A DNA stretch of 64,000 nucleotides, taken from contig JAKFCT010000014.1 in the NCBI GenBank assembly GCA_036676495.1, forward strand, positions 64,001-128,000. The letters are read 5' to 3'. The stretch's first letter is position 1. Every line of letters starts with the position of its first letter. The DNA comes from Candidatus Sericytochromatia bacterium (lineage in GTDB: Bacteria > Cyanobacteriota > Sericytochromatia > S15B-MN24 > UBA4093). The translations under genes were made by a program, and so were the position numbers. Positions 18,108 through 27,905 of the stretch are shown piece by piece. Below the pieces are notes generated by a model. The model was not told where the DNA came from. It did no database searches and was given only the letters and a program-made list of their open reading frames with translations.

Positions 18108-19283
18108 ATGAGTGGGCTTTTCCGCTCGATACAACTTCCCGACGGTAGATTCATCGACCTGCGGCGGGCCGGCCCCGACGACTCGGATGCCATCTTCGCC
18201 CTTTACGACCAGGTCTATCAGGGGTCTTACACCCTCGATATCGTCAACAAGACCACCGATCGCCTCGCGGCGCTCAGCGACCCCAACTTCTACTGGCTGG
18301 TGGTCGATGACGGCAGCGCCATCGTCGGCTCGGTCATCCTCGAGATGGACACCGTTCAGCGCAACGGCAAGGTCTTCGCCGCCGTCATGCGCGACGACTT
18401 CCGCCGCTATGACGCCATGAGCCGTCTCATCGGCATGGGCATCCAGAAGCTCATGTACGACGACCGCATCTGCGACGTCATCTACGCGACCACCCGGACC
18501 GCGAGCATCGGCCCGCGCCAGCTGCTCAAGAAGCTGGGCTTCATCAGCCTGGGGATCTTCCCGAACGTCCACCGCCTGGCCGAGTACGAAACCCACGGCC
18601 TCAGCGCCCTCTTCCACCCGGATGCCTGGGAGAAGCGGCGGCGCCTCCCCAAGCTCATCCCCGAGGTCGAGGGGTTCTACCGCATCATCCGGCAGACCTT
18701 CCATCTCGAGCCCGCCGAGATCATGCCTGCCAAGCACCAGCCCAAGCTCAAGATGATCCGCGGGGACGCCGTGGAACAAGAACTGCTGCGCGAGCGCGAG
18801 GCCGGCGCGCTCTTGATGGACTTCTTCCCCTTTCACAAGGCCAACTTCCTCTTCTCCAACGAGGACCGCAGCGTCATGGCCTTCGTCAACTACGAGGGCA
18901 AGGACGGCTACGGCACGCTCGTGGCGCTGAAGGCCCCCATCGAGGACCTGCGCGGCGTGCTCGAGGCCAGCTTCGACATGGGGCAGCGCCTCGGCATCGT
19001 CTACCTGGAGATCCTGGTCGACGCGTACAAGCCCCGCATGCAACGGGCGGCGCTCGCGGCCCAGTTCCTGCCATGCGCCTACTTCCCGAGCATGCAGCAA
19101 ACTGACGACGACCGGAAGGACTACCTGGTCTTCGCCCGTTCCACGCTGCCCCTCAACTTCTCCAACGTGCAGATGACGCCCCGAGACCGCGAGTTCCTCG
19201 ACCACTACCTCCAGAACACCGAGTTCCGGAACCTGGTCGTCAAGATGCACTTCACGGGGCCCCTCGACGAGGGTCGCCTGTGA
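18108..19283 (+). CDS. Tandem GNAT-fold N-acyltransferase-like protein
   Basis: N-terminal LRRAGPDD...IVGS...FRRY..QLLKKLGFISLGIFP GNAT pattern and a second degenerate fold (YLEILVDAY..FLPCAYFP). Confidence 0.65.
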   Translation: MSGLFRSIQLPDGRFIDLRRAGPDDSDAIFALYDQVYQGSYTLDIVNKTTDRLAALSDPNFYWLVVDDGSAIVGSVILEMDTVQRNGKVFAAVMRDDFRRYDAMSRLIGMGIQKLMYDDRICDVIYATTRTASIGPRQLLKKLGFISLGIFPNVHRLAEYETHGLSALFHPDAWEKRRRLPKLIPEVEGFYRIIRQTFHLEPAEIMPAKHQPKLKMIRGDAVEQELLREREAGALLMDFFPFHKANFLFSNEDRSVMAFVNYEGKDGYGTLVALKAPIEDLRGVLEASFDMGQRLGIVYLEILVDAYKPRMQRAALAAQFLPCAYFPSMQQTDDDRKDYLVFARSTLPLNFSNVQMTPRDREFLDHYLQNTEFRNLVVKMHFTGPLDEGRL

Positions 19284-20605
19284 TCGGGGCGTTCAACGCA
19301 GCCTCCATGGAGCGGCTCGCCTGGCCCGAGATCGAGACCCTCGCCCGGATCAAGCTGCGCACGCTGCTCGAGCTGGCGCGTTCGCGTTCCCCCTTCTACC
19401 GGGAGCGTCTCGCCGGCTTCCCGCTGCATGACCCCGAGGTCCTGCCCACCCTTCCGATCCTCAACAAGGAAGATCTCGTCGCCAACAGCCCGCCCGAGAG
19501 CGAAGCCATGCTCACCGGGCCGCTGGCGTCGGCCTACCTCTTCCGCAGCGGGGGCACGACCGGAGCCCCGAAGTTCTCGCCCTTTTCGGTCAGCGAGTTC
19601 AAGCACTGGGTCGATATCTTCAAGCGAACCTACGGCGCTGCCGGCCTGACGCCTCAGGACCGGGTCGCCAATCTCTTCGTCAGCGGCAGCCTTTACGCCT
19701 CGTTCATCTTCATCAACCGCATGGTCGAGGAGATGGGCTGCCTGAACCTTCCTTTCACCTCCTCGGCCGCTCCCGACACGGTCAGCGCCCAGATCGAGCG
19801 CTTCGACATCAACGTCATGATGGGCATTCCCTCCTGGCTGCTCGAGGTCGTCGCGGCCCTCACCCCGGCGGCCGCCGCGAAGGTCACCAAGATCTTCTAC
19901 GGAGGAGAGAACCTCTACCCCGAGGAGCGCGAATGGCTCCAATCGCACCTTCCAAATCTTAGAACTATCGCCTCGGGAGGCTACGCGTCCGTGGACGCCG
20001 GGATGATGGCGTTCCAATGCGGGGCCTCGCCCGGCGGCGTTCACCATGTCCACGCCGACCACGTGATCCTGGAGATCATCGATCCCGAGACCTGGATGGC
20101 GGTCGCTCCCGGTGAAGTCGGCCTGCTGCTGGTCACCACGCTCGACCGCCACTTGATGCCCCTGATCCGCTACCGCACGGGCGACGTCGGTCGCTGGGTG
20201 CCCGGTGACTGTCCCTGCGGCCGGCAGATGCCGCGCTTCGAACTGCTCGGGCGCGGCGACGACAGCCTGAGAATCGGCATCGCCACCGTCGGCATCGAGG
20301 AGATCCTGCCACCGATCGCCCAGACCCCCGGCCTCTCCACCCATGCGCAGATCGTCAAGGATCGCATCGAACGCAAGGACCAGCTCACCGTTCGGGTGGA
20401 GCGCCTTCCCGACGCGTCCGAGAGCCGCGAGGCGCTCGAAGCGAGCCTGGCCGAGCAGATCCGCCTCCAGAAGCCCGACCTCGCGAAGTTGGAGGCCACC
20501 GGTTACGTCATGCCCGTGCGCGTCGAGGTCCTGGACCCCAACGGCATCGGACGGGTCGCGGTCACCGGCAAGATCCGCCGCGTGGTCGACCGGTCTCGGG
20601 AATAG
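19280..20605 (+). CDS. Phenylacetate-CoA ligase / F390 synthetase-like adenylating enzyme
   Basis: RSGGTTGAP, YASVD, IRYRTGD, CPCGR, C-terminal GKIRRVVD; GTGA overlap with the upstream gene. Confidence 0.88.
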   Translation: MIGAFNAASMERLAWPEIETLARIKLRTLLELARSRSPFYRERLAGFPLHDPEVLPTLPILNKEDLVANSPPESEAMLTGPLASAYLFRSGGTTGAPKFSPFSVSEFKHWVDIFKRTYGAAGLTPQDRVANLFVSGSLYASFIFINRMVEEMGCLNLPFTSSAAPDTVSAQIERFDINVMMGIPSWLLEVVAALTPAAAAKVTKIFYGGENLYPEEREWLQSHLPNLRTIASGGYASVDAGMMAFQCGASPGGVHHVHADHVILEIIDPETWMAVAPGEVGLLLVTTLDRHLMPLIRYRTGDVGRWVPGDCPCGRQMPRFELLGRGDDSLRIGIATVGIEEILPPIAQTPGLSTHAQIVKDRIERKDQLTVRVERLPDASESREALEASLAEQIRLQKPDLAKLEATGYVMPVRVEVLDPNGIGRVAVTGKIRRVVDRSRE

Positions 20606-20609
20606 CCAC

Positions 20610-21728
20610 ATGACTGCCATCGAACGCCTGGTTGAAATCGACACGCTCTTCGACCTGACGCCCGAGCACGACACATGCTTCGTCGAGGCCATGCGCGAAG
20701 CCAGCGCCTGGCATGTCGCGCAATCGCAGGTCTTTCGCCACCTTTCCCGCAAGCAAGGCTTCACGCCCGAGGGCCTGCGCGACATTGCGGACGTGGCCCA
20801 GGTGCCGCATGTCTTCGTGAATGCCTTCAAGCAGTACGAGATCCTCTCCGTCCCGCGCGAGGAGGTCGTCCTGACCCTGACCTCCTCGGGAACCACCGGC
20901 CAGCGCAGCCAGATCATGTTCGACCAACCCTCCCTGGATCGCGGCTTGAGGATGGTCGACCGGGTCTTCGAGGCCATGGGCCTGAAACACCCCGAGCAGG
21001 TCGTGAACTACATCCTCTTCGCCTACGACCCCGAGGAGGCCAAGCAGGTCGGCACCTCGTACACCGACGACAACTTGACCAACCTGACCCGCAAGGGCAA
21101 GGTCTACCACGCGCTGCGCTGGAACGCCGAGACCAAGGCGTTCGAGTTTCGCCCCGCCGAGTGCTACGCCAAACTGCTCGAATACGCCTCAGACGGCTTG
21201 CCCGTTCGCCTGCTCGGTTTTCCCGCCTTCCTGCATCGCCTGGTCCAGTACCACCAGGAATCCGGAGCGCCCGCCCTCGACCTGGGCCCCGAGTCCTACG
21301 TCCTCACCGGGGGCGGCTGGAAGACCTCGGAACATGCGGCCATCGACAAGGATCGCTTCATCGCGGAGGTCTCCGCGACCCTCGGCATTCCCCCCGGCAA
21401 CCTGCGCGACGGGTACGGCCTGGTCGAGCACGGCATCGCGTACATCGAGTGCGAGCACCATCGCTTCCATGTTCCGGCTTTCGCGCGGGCCTTTGCCCGG
21501 GACGTCGGGACCCTCGAGATCCTTCCCGACGGCGAGGTGGGCTTTCTCCAGCTCGTGACCCCGTACATGCGCTCGATGCCGACCATCTCCCTGCTCACCA
21601 GTGACCTGGCGCAGGTGGGAAGGGATTGTCCTTGTGGCCGTAAGTCCGGGACCATCGTCCTCCAGGGGCGTGCGGGCACCCGCAAGAACAAAGGATGCGC
21701 CATCACGGCGGCTCAGCTCTTGAAGTAG
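20610..21728 (+). CDS. luxE: LuxE-family acyl-protein synthetase
   Basis: ATG 20610; LTSSGTTG, LTGGGWK, RDGYGLVEH, SLLTSD, C-terminal acyl-carrier Cys in KNKGCA. Confidence 0.85.
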   Translation: MTAIERLVEIDTLFDLTPEHDTCFVEAMREASAWHVAQSQVFRHLSRKQGFTPEGLRDIADVAQVPHVFVNAFKQYEILSVPREEVVLTLTSSGTTGQRSQIMFDQPSLDRGLRMVDRVFEAMGLKHPEQVVNYILFAYDPEEAKQVGTSYTDDNLTNLTRKGKVYHALRWNAETKAFEFRPAECYAKLLEYASDGLPVRLLGFPAFLHRLVQYHQESGAPALDLGPESYVLTGGGWKTSEHAAIDKDRFIAEVSATLGIPPGNLRDGYGLVEHGIAYIECEHHRFHVPAFARAFARDVGTLEILPDGEVGFLQLVTPYMRSMPTISLLTSDLAQVGRDCPCGRKSGTIVLQGRAGTRKNKGCAITAAQLLK

Positions 21729-21738
21729 GAGAAGACGG

Positions 21739-24390
21739 ATGCACTACCTCTTCGGCCGCCCTTTCAAAGGCCTCATCGACGATGCCAAAGCCCAGGACGT
21801 GCTCCGAGAGGCGCAGTCGCGCCGGGCCGCCTTCCGTCAGGTCCCCCTGGAGACGATCCTGGGGGTGCTGGAGCGGGTCGGAAAGCGCTTCAGCGATCCG
21901 TCCGATCCGGTCACCCGCAAGGTGCTCGCGGAGGCCCCGGCTCAGATTGGTTTCAGCCGGCCCATGGTCGAGGAAGAGCTCAAGGGAGTGGCGCTCGCCC
22001 TGAGTCGCCCCTACCTCGAGCCGAAGATCGCCAAGGAGCTGGGATCCCTCGACGCGCTGGACGACTGGACCGGAGGGTACGGGAAGCCGTTCACGCGGGC
22101 CCTTCCGCGCGGAGTGGTCCTTCACGTCTCGAGCGGAAACGTCCTCAGCGCCGGGGCGTTGAGCATGGTCGAGGGCCTGCTCACCAAGAACGTCAACCTC
22201 CTGAAGGCCGCGAGCCGCGCCACCCTCTTTCCCCTGGCCTTCGCCGAGACCGTTCGCGAGGTCGACGAGGACGGCCATGTCGCGGAGTCCTTCGCCGTCC
22301 TCTCCTGGCCGGGCTCAGGTAGCCAGGTTCACCGCGTCTTCCAGGAGGGCTGCGATGCCATCGTGGTCTGGGGCGGCGAGGACGTCGTGAAAACTTACCG
22401 GGAAGGCCTCGGCCTCAAGTGCAAGCTCATCGAATACGGGCCGAAGGTCAGTTTCGGGGCGATCGCCCACGACGTCCTCGACGACCCCGACATCGCCCGT
22501 GAAGCGGCCATGGCGCTGGCCCTCTGGGATCAGAGCGCATGCTCCAGCCCGCAGGTCCTCTACGTCGAAGACGCGACTCCCGACCATGCCCCCACGCTCG
22601 CCTTCGTCGACCGCCTCGCGGACGCGTTGCGCGAGGTCGAAGCCTCCCTTCCCCAGGGCCCCCTGGGCTTCCAGGAGCGCGCCGAGCTGACCAAGGAACG
22701 TCAGGTGGCCGAGGTCACCGAGGCCATGGGCCAGGGTTTGCTCCGCAAGCCCGGCACGGCTCCCGACTGGACCCTCGTCGCGGAATGGGATCCCTCCTTC
22801 AAGCTCTCACCGCTGTTTCGCACGCTCTACATCAAGCCGGTCGCCAGCCTCTCCGAGCTTCCCGCGCTGGTCGCGCCTTACACGGATTACCTGCAAACCG
22901 CCGGGATCGCGGCAAAGCCCGAACGGGTCCGGGACCTGGCCGAGCAGCTCTTCGACACGGGCATGCTGAGGGTCACCACGCTCGCGGGCATGTCGGGCGG
23001 CGAGCCCGGCGAGCCGCATGACGGAGGCTACGCCCTGCATGCCCTGGTCAAGTGGGTGACCATGGGCTTCAAGGGGGAGGGCGATCGCTACGACGCCGCC
23101 GAGTGGCACAGCTCCGAGGCGGCCCAGCGCCAGACCTTCGCCAAGCTCAAGCGCCTGGTGGAGGATGTCGCTCCGCAAGCTCCCCTCTACCGGGAACGCT
23201 ATGCGGGGCTGAAAATCCGGACCTTGGACGACTGGTCTCGGGTGCCCGTCCTCAGCAAGGAGGATCTCCGCGCGGGTACTCCGCCTCGGAGCGAGGCCCT
23301 CTTCACGGGAGCGCCGCATGGGGCGCATTTCCTGAGGAGCGGGGGCTCGACGGGTGAGCCTGCCCTCTCGGCGTTCGCCTATCCCGACTACGAAGCCGAC
23401 ATGCTGCGGGCCGCACGGGGGCTCTTCGCCCTTGGCCTGAGGCCCGGCGATCGCGTCGCCAACCTCTTCATGGCCGGACACCTCTACGGATCCTTCCTCT
23501 CCATCAACCGCGGGCTGGAGCTGGTCGGCTGCAACAATTTCCCCTTCACCAGCGCCACTCCCGCCAAGGAGCTGCCTGCGCTCTTGCGGGCTTACGGCAT
23601 CGAGGTCCTCGCGGGCCTGCCGTCCTGGCTGATGGAGGTCTTCGAGGCCATCCGCCAGGACCCCGAAGGAGTTCGGATCCGCAAGGTCTTCTACACCGGC
23701 GAGCACTTCTACCCGCAGGATCGCGAGCGTCTGGCCCACGAGTTCGGGATCACGCAGTTCGGAAGCCTGGGCTACGGCACGGTCGACGCCGGCCCCATCG
23801 CTTACCAGTGCCAGGAGAGCCGCGGGGGAGTGCATCACCTTCACGACGACCACCAGTTCATCGAGATCGTGGACTCGGAGACGCTGATGCCGGTTCCGGC
23901 CGGAGAGCCGGGCGAATTGCTCATCACCAACCTCAACCGCCGCCTGATGCCGGTCGTGCGCTACCGGATTGGCGATCGCGCCCGCTGGATCCCCGAGCCC
24001 TGCCCCTGCGGCCGGCCGGCTCCACGCTTCGAGCTGCTGGGACGCTGCGACGACATGATGGTGGTGGGCGGCATCAACCTCACCTACGCCGAGTTGCACG
24101 AGGCGGCCATGAGCCTCGACGGCGTGCAAGGCCCCTTGCAACTCGTGATCTCGCGGCATGAGCACCGCGATCGCCTCACCCTGCGCATCGAAGCCAGCGA
24201 GCAAGGTCTGGGCGACATCCTCGCCGCGGGCGTCGTCGCCCGGGTCGACCTGCTGCGTCAGGTCATCGACAAGGGCCAGATGAGTCCGCTTGTCGTCGAC
24301 GTCCTGCCCCCCGGTGGGATCGAACGCATCCCCCGGACCGGCAAAATCCGCAAGGTGATCGACCGGAGAAACGATGAGCCCGTCAATTAG
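21739..24390 (+). CDS. luxC: LuxC-family acyl-CoA/acyl-protein reductase fused to a C-terminal PaaK-like ligase domain
   Basis: PRGVVLHVSSGNV, VVWGGE, EYGPKVSF, catalytic WDQSACSSPQ, HDG; then RSGGSTGEP, RYRIGD, CPCGR, GKIRKVID. Confidence 0.85.
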   Translation: MHYLFGRPFKGLIDDAKAQDVLREAQSRRAAFRQVPLETILGVLERVGKRFSDPSDPVTRKVLAEAPAQIGFSRPMVEEELKGVALALSRPYLEPKIAKELGSLDALDDWTGGYGKPFTRALPRGVVLHVSSGNVLSAGALSMVEGLLTKNVNLLKAASRATLFPLAFAETVREVDEDGHVAESFAVLSWPGSGSQVHRVFQEGCDAIVVWGGEDVVKTYREGLGLKCKLIEYGPKVSFGAIAHDVLDDPDIAREAAMALALWDQSACSSPQVLYVEDATPDHAPTLAFVDRLADALREVEASLPQGPLGFQERAELTKERQVAEVTEAMGQGLLRKPGTAPDWTLVAEWDPSFKLSPLFRTLYIKPVASLSELPALVAPYTDYLQTAGIAAKPERVRDLAEQLFDTGMLRVTTLAGMSGGEPGEPHDGGYALHALVKWVTMGFKGEGDRYDAAEWHSSEAAQRQTFAKLKRLVEDVAPQAPLYRERYAGLKIRTLDDWSRVPVLSKEDLRAGTPPRSEALFTGAPHGAHFLRSGGSTGEPALSAFAYPDYEADMLRAARGLFALGLRPGDRVANLFMAGHLYGSFLSINRGLELVGCNNFPFTSATPAKELPALLRAYGIEVLAGLPSWLMEVFEAIRQDPEGVRIRKVFYTGEHFYPQDRERLAHEFGITQFGSLGYGTVDAGPIAYQCQESRGGVHHLHDDHQFIEIVDSETLMPVPAGEPGELLITNLNRRLMPVVRYRIGDRARWIPEPCPCGRPAPRFELLGRCDDMMVVGGINLTYAELHEAAMSLDGVQGPLQLVISRHEHRDRLTLRIEASEQGLGDILAAGVVARVDLLRQVIDKGQMSPLVVDVLPPGGIERIPRTGKIRKVIDRRNDEPVN

Positions 24391-25699
24391 GCCGGAAGGC
24401 CGTTCCGAGCGGCTCTCCGGCGTCGAGGACGGGATGGGTAGCGCGCTTCACGCCGAAACCCAGGTCCGCCGTCACCCTCCCCTGCTTCGCAACCGCGACT
24501 TCCTCCTGCTCTGGTCCGGGCAGGGCGTCTCGCAGATTGGCGCCAAGGTCCTGCAAATCGGCCTGGTCTGGTGGGCTTTGGAGCGAGGTGGCAGCCTCGC
24601 GGCGGTCAGCGGAGCGCTGGTGGCGACCTCGCTGCCCTTCGTAGTCGTCGGCCTCTTCGCGGGGGTCCTCGCGGACAAGTGGAATCGCCGCGGCCTGATG
24701 GTCGCTTGCGAGGCTGGAAACGCCGTGATCGTCTTGGCACTGGCGGCCTTGGCATGGAGCGATCTGCTCACGCTGCCCATCCTGATGGTCGGAACCGCGC
24801 TGGTCTCGACTCTGGCTGCCGTCTTCAGCCCCGCGGCGATGGCGTCGATTCCCGATCTGGTAGACGAGCCCGATCTCATTCGCGCCAATTCGCTTCAAGA
24901 GATGACCGCCCAGGGGGCCTTGGTCTTTGGTCCGGCGCTGGGGGGAGCGATGCTCGCGATGATGGGGGCGCCCGCCGCCTTTCTCACGACCGCGTCGACC
25001 TACGCGATCAGCGCCGTCTGCATGCTGGCGCTGCGCCTGAAGCGCCGCGAGGTGCCCGCGGATCCCGGTTCGGAGGGCGCCCATCCCGTGAAGGAACTGC
25101 TGGGCGGGTTCGCCGTCCTCAAGGAGAATCCGGCGATCGCGACCCTGCTCGGCCTCTTTGCCGTGGCGAATTTCCTCCTGGTGCCGGTCACCGTCTTCCT
25201 TCCCTACTATGCCAAGGACGTCTTCGCCGTCGGAGCGGGGGGACTCGGCATGCTGGAGGGAAGCATCGGGGTGGGAATGATCGTCGGAGCACTGGCGCTG
25301 ATGCGCGCAGGCTCGGTGTCCAAGCGGCGGCTGGCCATCCAGTGCGGCCTGGTCATTCCGGGCATGGCCCTCGCCTACATGGGGATCTGGCCGAGCTACG
25401 GAGGTTTCCTGGGAGCGCTCCTGGTTCTGGGCATCGCGCTATCGGTGATGAACGTCGTCTCGATGACGTTCTTCCAGGAGAACGTGCCGCCCGAGCGGTT
25501 GGGGCGTTTCATGGGCCTGCTCATGACGCTCATCATGGCCTTGATGCCGCTTTCTTACGGGGCGGCCGGCCTGGCGACGCTGGGCGTGCCGGCAGGCAGC
25601 ATCATGACCGGGGGGGGAATCGCGCTGGTGATCCTGGGGCTGCTTTTGCCGCTCTTTCGATCGCTGAGGCCGCTGGAGGGGGGAGGAATCGATGGATAA
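24374..25699 (+). CDS. MFS transporter (H+ antiporter-3 / macrolide-efflux-like)
   Basis: RNRDFLLLWSGQGVS, AGVLADKWNRR motif A, about 12 TM helices; alternative start at 24434. Confidence 0.9.
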   Translation: MSPSIRPEGRSERLSGVEDGMGSALHAETQVRRHPPLLRNRDFLLLWSGQGVSQIGAKVLQIGLVWWALERGGSLAAVSGALVATSLPFVVVGLFAGVLADKWNRRGLMVACEAGNAVIVLALAALAWSDLLTLPILMVGTALVSTLAAVFSPAAMASIPDLVDEPDLIRANSLQEMTAQGALVFGPALGGAMLAMMGAPAAFLTTASTYAISAVCMLALRLKRREVPADPGSEGAHPVKELLGGFAVLKENPAIATLLGLFAVANFLLVPVTVFLPYYAKDVFAVGAGGLGMLEGSIGVGMIVGALALMRAGSVSKRRLAIQCGLVIPGMALAYMGIWPSYGGFLGALLVLGIALSVMNVVSMTFFQENVPPERLGRFMGLLMTLIMALMPLSYGAAGLATLGVPAGSIMTGGGIALVILGLLLPLFRSLRPLEGGGIDG

Positions 25700-26966
25700 G
25701 ACCAAGGCTCGGCTTCGCTTCCTGAAGAGTCGTTTCCGCCGGCCGGCGTCGAACTCGGAGCGGGAACTCGCCTACTATGCCCTGCTCCAGCGGATCACGG
25801 CCTCCTTGCACCGGTCTCTGGACTTCGATGCGATTCTCGAGACGGTGGTCTCCGGGCTGCAGCATGAGCTGGATCTGACGCGGTGTTCGGTCTGGTTTCC
25901 CGAAGGCGCGACGGCGCTGCACATCCGCAGGGCCGTCGGGAAAGTGAGCGAGGGTCCGATGGCGAGCGCCGTCTGGCCGGTGGCCTGGGACGCGCTGGCC
26001 GATCGGCGGGTGGTGGCGGTCGACGACGTGCGGGCCTACGGGAAGGCGAGTTCCATCCCCCCGCATGTCGGAGCCCTGGGGCAGGTGGTCGCGGAAGCCG
26101 TCATTGCCGCCCCCATCCTGCTCGAAGCGGAGCTCAAGGGCTTGTTGCTGCTCGAGGCTCCGCATCCGCGGCACTGGGACGCGTCCACGATTCGCCTGAT
26201 CGAGGCGATCGCCGAGCAGCTCTCGGTGGCGCTGGTCCATGCGCGCATGATGATGTCCTTGAAGGAACTCGACGCGATGAAGACCGAGTTCCTTTCCATC
26301 GCCTCCCATGAGCTGCGCACGCCCATCACCGTCATCCGGGGCTACGCGGCCGTCCTCTTGCGACACGGGGGGACGCTCTCGGAAGCCGAGCGCAGCGAGT
26401 TCGTCCGCATGATCGATGATCGGGCCGTGCATCTGGGCCGCCTGGTCGAGGACATTCTCGACGTCTCGCGCCTGGAGGGCGGGATGCTCTCCTTGCACTC
26501 GGAACCCTTCGAATGGGAAGTCGTGCTCGGCAAGCTCATCGAGGGTCTCGAGCTCAAGTACCACCGCCCGGTGAACATCCACCTGACCACCATGACCACG
26601 CGCCGGGTATTGATTGCCGATCCTTCCCGGGTCGAGCAAGTCCTTTTGAACCTTCTCGATAATGCTATCAAGTACTCGCCCCCGAACGATGCGATCGATC
26701 TGGACGTCCGGGATACCGCGCGCGGGGTGCGGTTCACGGTGGTCAATCCGGGCGAGAAGCTGACCGTGGAGGAAGTGCGACGGCTGACCGGAAAGTTCGT
26801 TCGGCTGGATCGGCACCGGACGGCAGGCGGCACGGGGCTTGGACTTTACATTTGCCGGAGGCTCGTAGAGCTGATGGGCGGGACCTTGGAACTAGAAGCG
26901 ATGCCGGAGGGTGGCCTCCGGGTAGGGTTTGACCTGGCATGTCCGGACGATGTGCGAACGACCTGA
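25692..26966 (+). CDS. GAF-domain sensor histidine kinase
   Basis: SLDFDAILETVV GAF start, SHELRTP H-box, NLLDNAIKYS, GTGLGL; overlaps the MFS stop. Confidence 0.92.
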   Translation: MDKTKARLRFLKSRFRRPASNSERELAYYALLQRITASLHRSLDFDAILETVVSGLQHELDLTRCSVWFPEGATALHIRRAVGKVSEGPMASAVWPVAWDALADRRVVAVDDVRAYGKASSIPPHVGALGQVVAEAVIAAPILLEAELKGLLLLEAPHPRHWDASTIRLIEAIAEQLSVALVHARMMMSLKELDAMKTEFLSIASHELRTPITVIRGYAAVLLRHGGTLSEAERSEFVRMIDDRAVHLGRLVEDILDVSRLEGGMLSLHSEPFEWEVVLGKLIEGLELKYHRPVNIHLTTMTTRRVLIADPSRVEQVLLNLLDNAIKYSPPNDAIDLDVRDTARGVRFTVVNPGEKLTVEEVRRLTGKFVRLDRHRTAGGTGLGLYICRRLVELMGGTLELEAMPEGGLRVGFDLACPDDVRTT

Positions 26967-27083
26967 CGCTCATCCTCCTACTTGTCTTGCCACTAACTTT
27001 ATGAGAAGGTTAAGACAGTCAAGTATGGGATGACCGAACGCCTTTACTTGAGGGACAGGCACGTACTAGACAATGAGGTTTGT

Positions 27084-27905
27084 ATGAAACGCCTAAACCT
27101 GGGTCTTACCGGTCTTTTGATGGGGAGCTTGCTCGTCGGTTGCGGGATGCCGTCCGACCTGATGGTTTCCCCTCGCGCGTCTCAGGGCAGCTTCAGCGCC
27201 CGCTCCGGCGCGCCTGCCGACTACTATCAGTACGCTCAAGGCAAGACCGGCATGGCCCTGCTTTCCGCGCTTCAGAACACCGTCTCCAAGCACAAGGACC
27301 TCGGCTACGGCGGGGCCCGCAACGTGATGTTCGGAGACCTCGACGACGACCTCGACAACGACACCGTCGACTGCGTCTACACCGGCATGGTCGTCAAGGG
27401 CGTCAAGGACTCCGGGACCGCCATGAGCGGTGGCCTCAACACCGAGCACTCCTGGCCCCAGAGCCTGGGCGCCACCGGCGCCGCCAAGGCCGACCTCCAC
27501 CACCTGTTCCCGACCGACGTCGAGACCAACGGAGCTCGCGGCTCCCATCCCTTCGGCGAGGTGAAGAACCCCACGCATACGTTCCCGGTCTTCGACGTCG
27601 GCGCCCGCCAGAGCATGCTCGGCGTGAACGCCGCGGGCAAGACCGTCTTCGAGCCGCGCGACCAACACAAGGGCGACCTCGCCCGGGCCCTCTTCTACTT
27701 CTACACGGTCTATGGCTTCCGCGGCGGTGCCAACCTCTCCAACTTCCGCGTGGAGGAAGAGACCCTCAAGAAGTGGCACGTGCTCGACCCGGTGGACGCC
27801 TCCGAGCGGAAGCGTAACGACGGCATCTACTCCGTTCAGGGCAACCGGAACCCGTACATCGACCACCCGGAGTACGTCCAGGCTATCGGAAACTTCCTCA
27901 ACTAA
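27084..27905 (+). CDS. Endonuclease I family extracellular nuclease (lipoprotein)
   Basis: Lipobox LVGC, NTEHSWPQS, DLHHLFP, KGDLARA, QGNRNPYIDHPE. Confidence 0.9.
   Translation: MKRLNLGLTGLLMGSLLVGCGMPSDLMVSPRASQGSFSARSGAPADYYQYAQGKTGMALLSALQNTVSKHKDLGYGGARNVMFGDLDDDLDNDTVDCVYTGMVVKGVKDSGTAMSGGLNTEHSWPQSLGATGAAKADLHHLFPTDVETNGARGSHPFGEVKNPTHTFPVFDVGARQSMLGVNAAGKTVFEPRDQHKGDLARALFYFYTVYGFRGGANLSNFRVEEETLKKWHVLDPVDASERKRNDGIYSVQGNRNPYIDHPEYVQAIGNFLN

Noticed and set aside
20610-24390. Bioluminescence (lux) operon
   Set aside because: No luxA/luxB luciferase, luxD or luxG nearby; the context (ligases, GNAT, MFS) points to metabolite synthesis.
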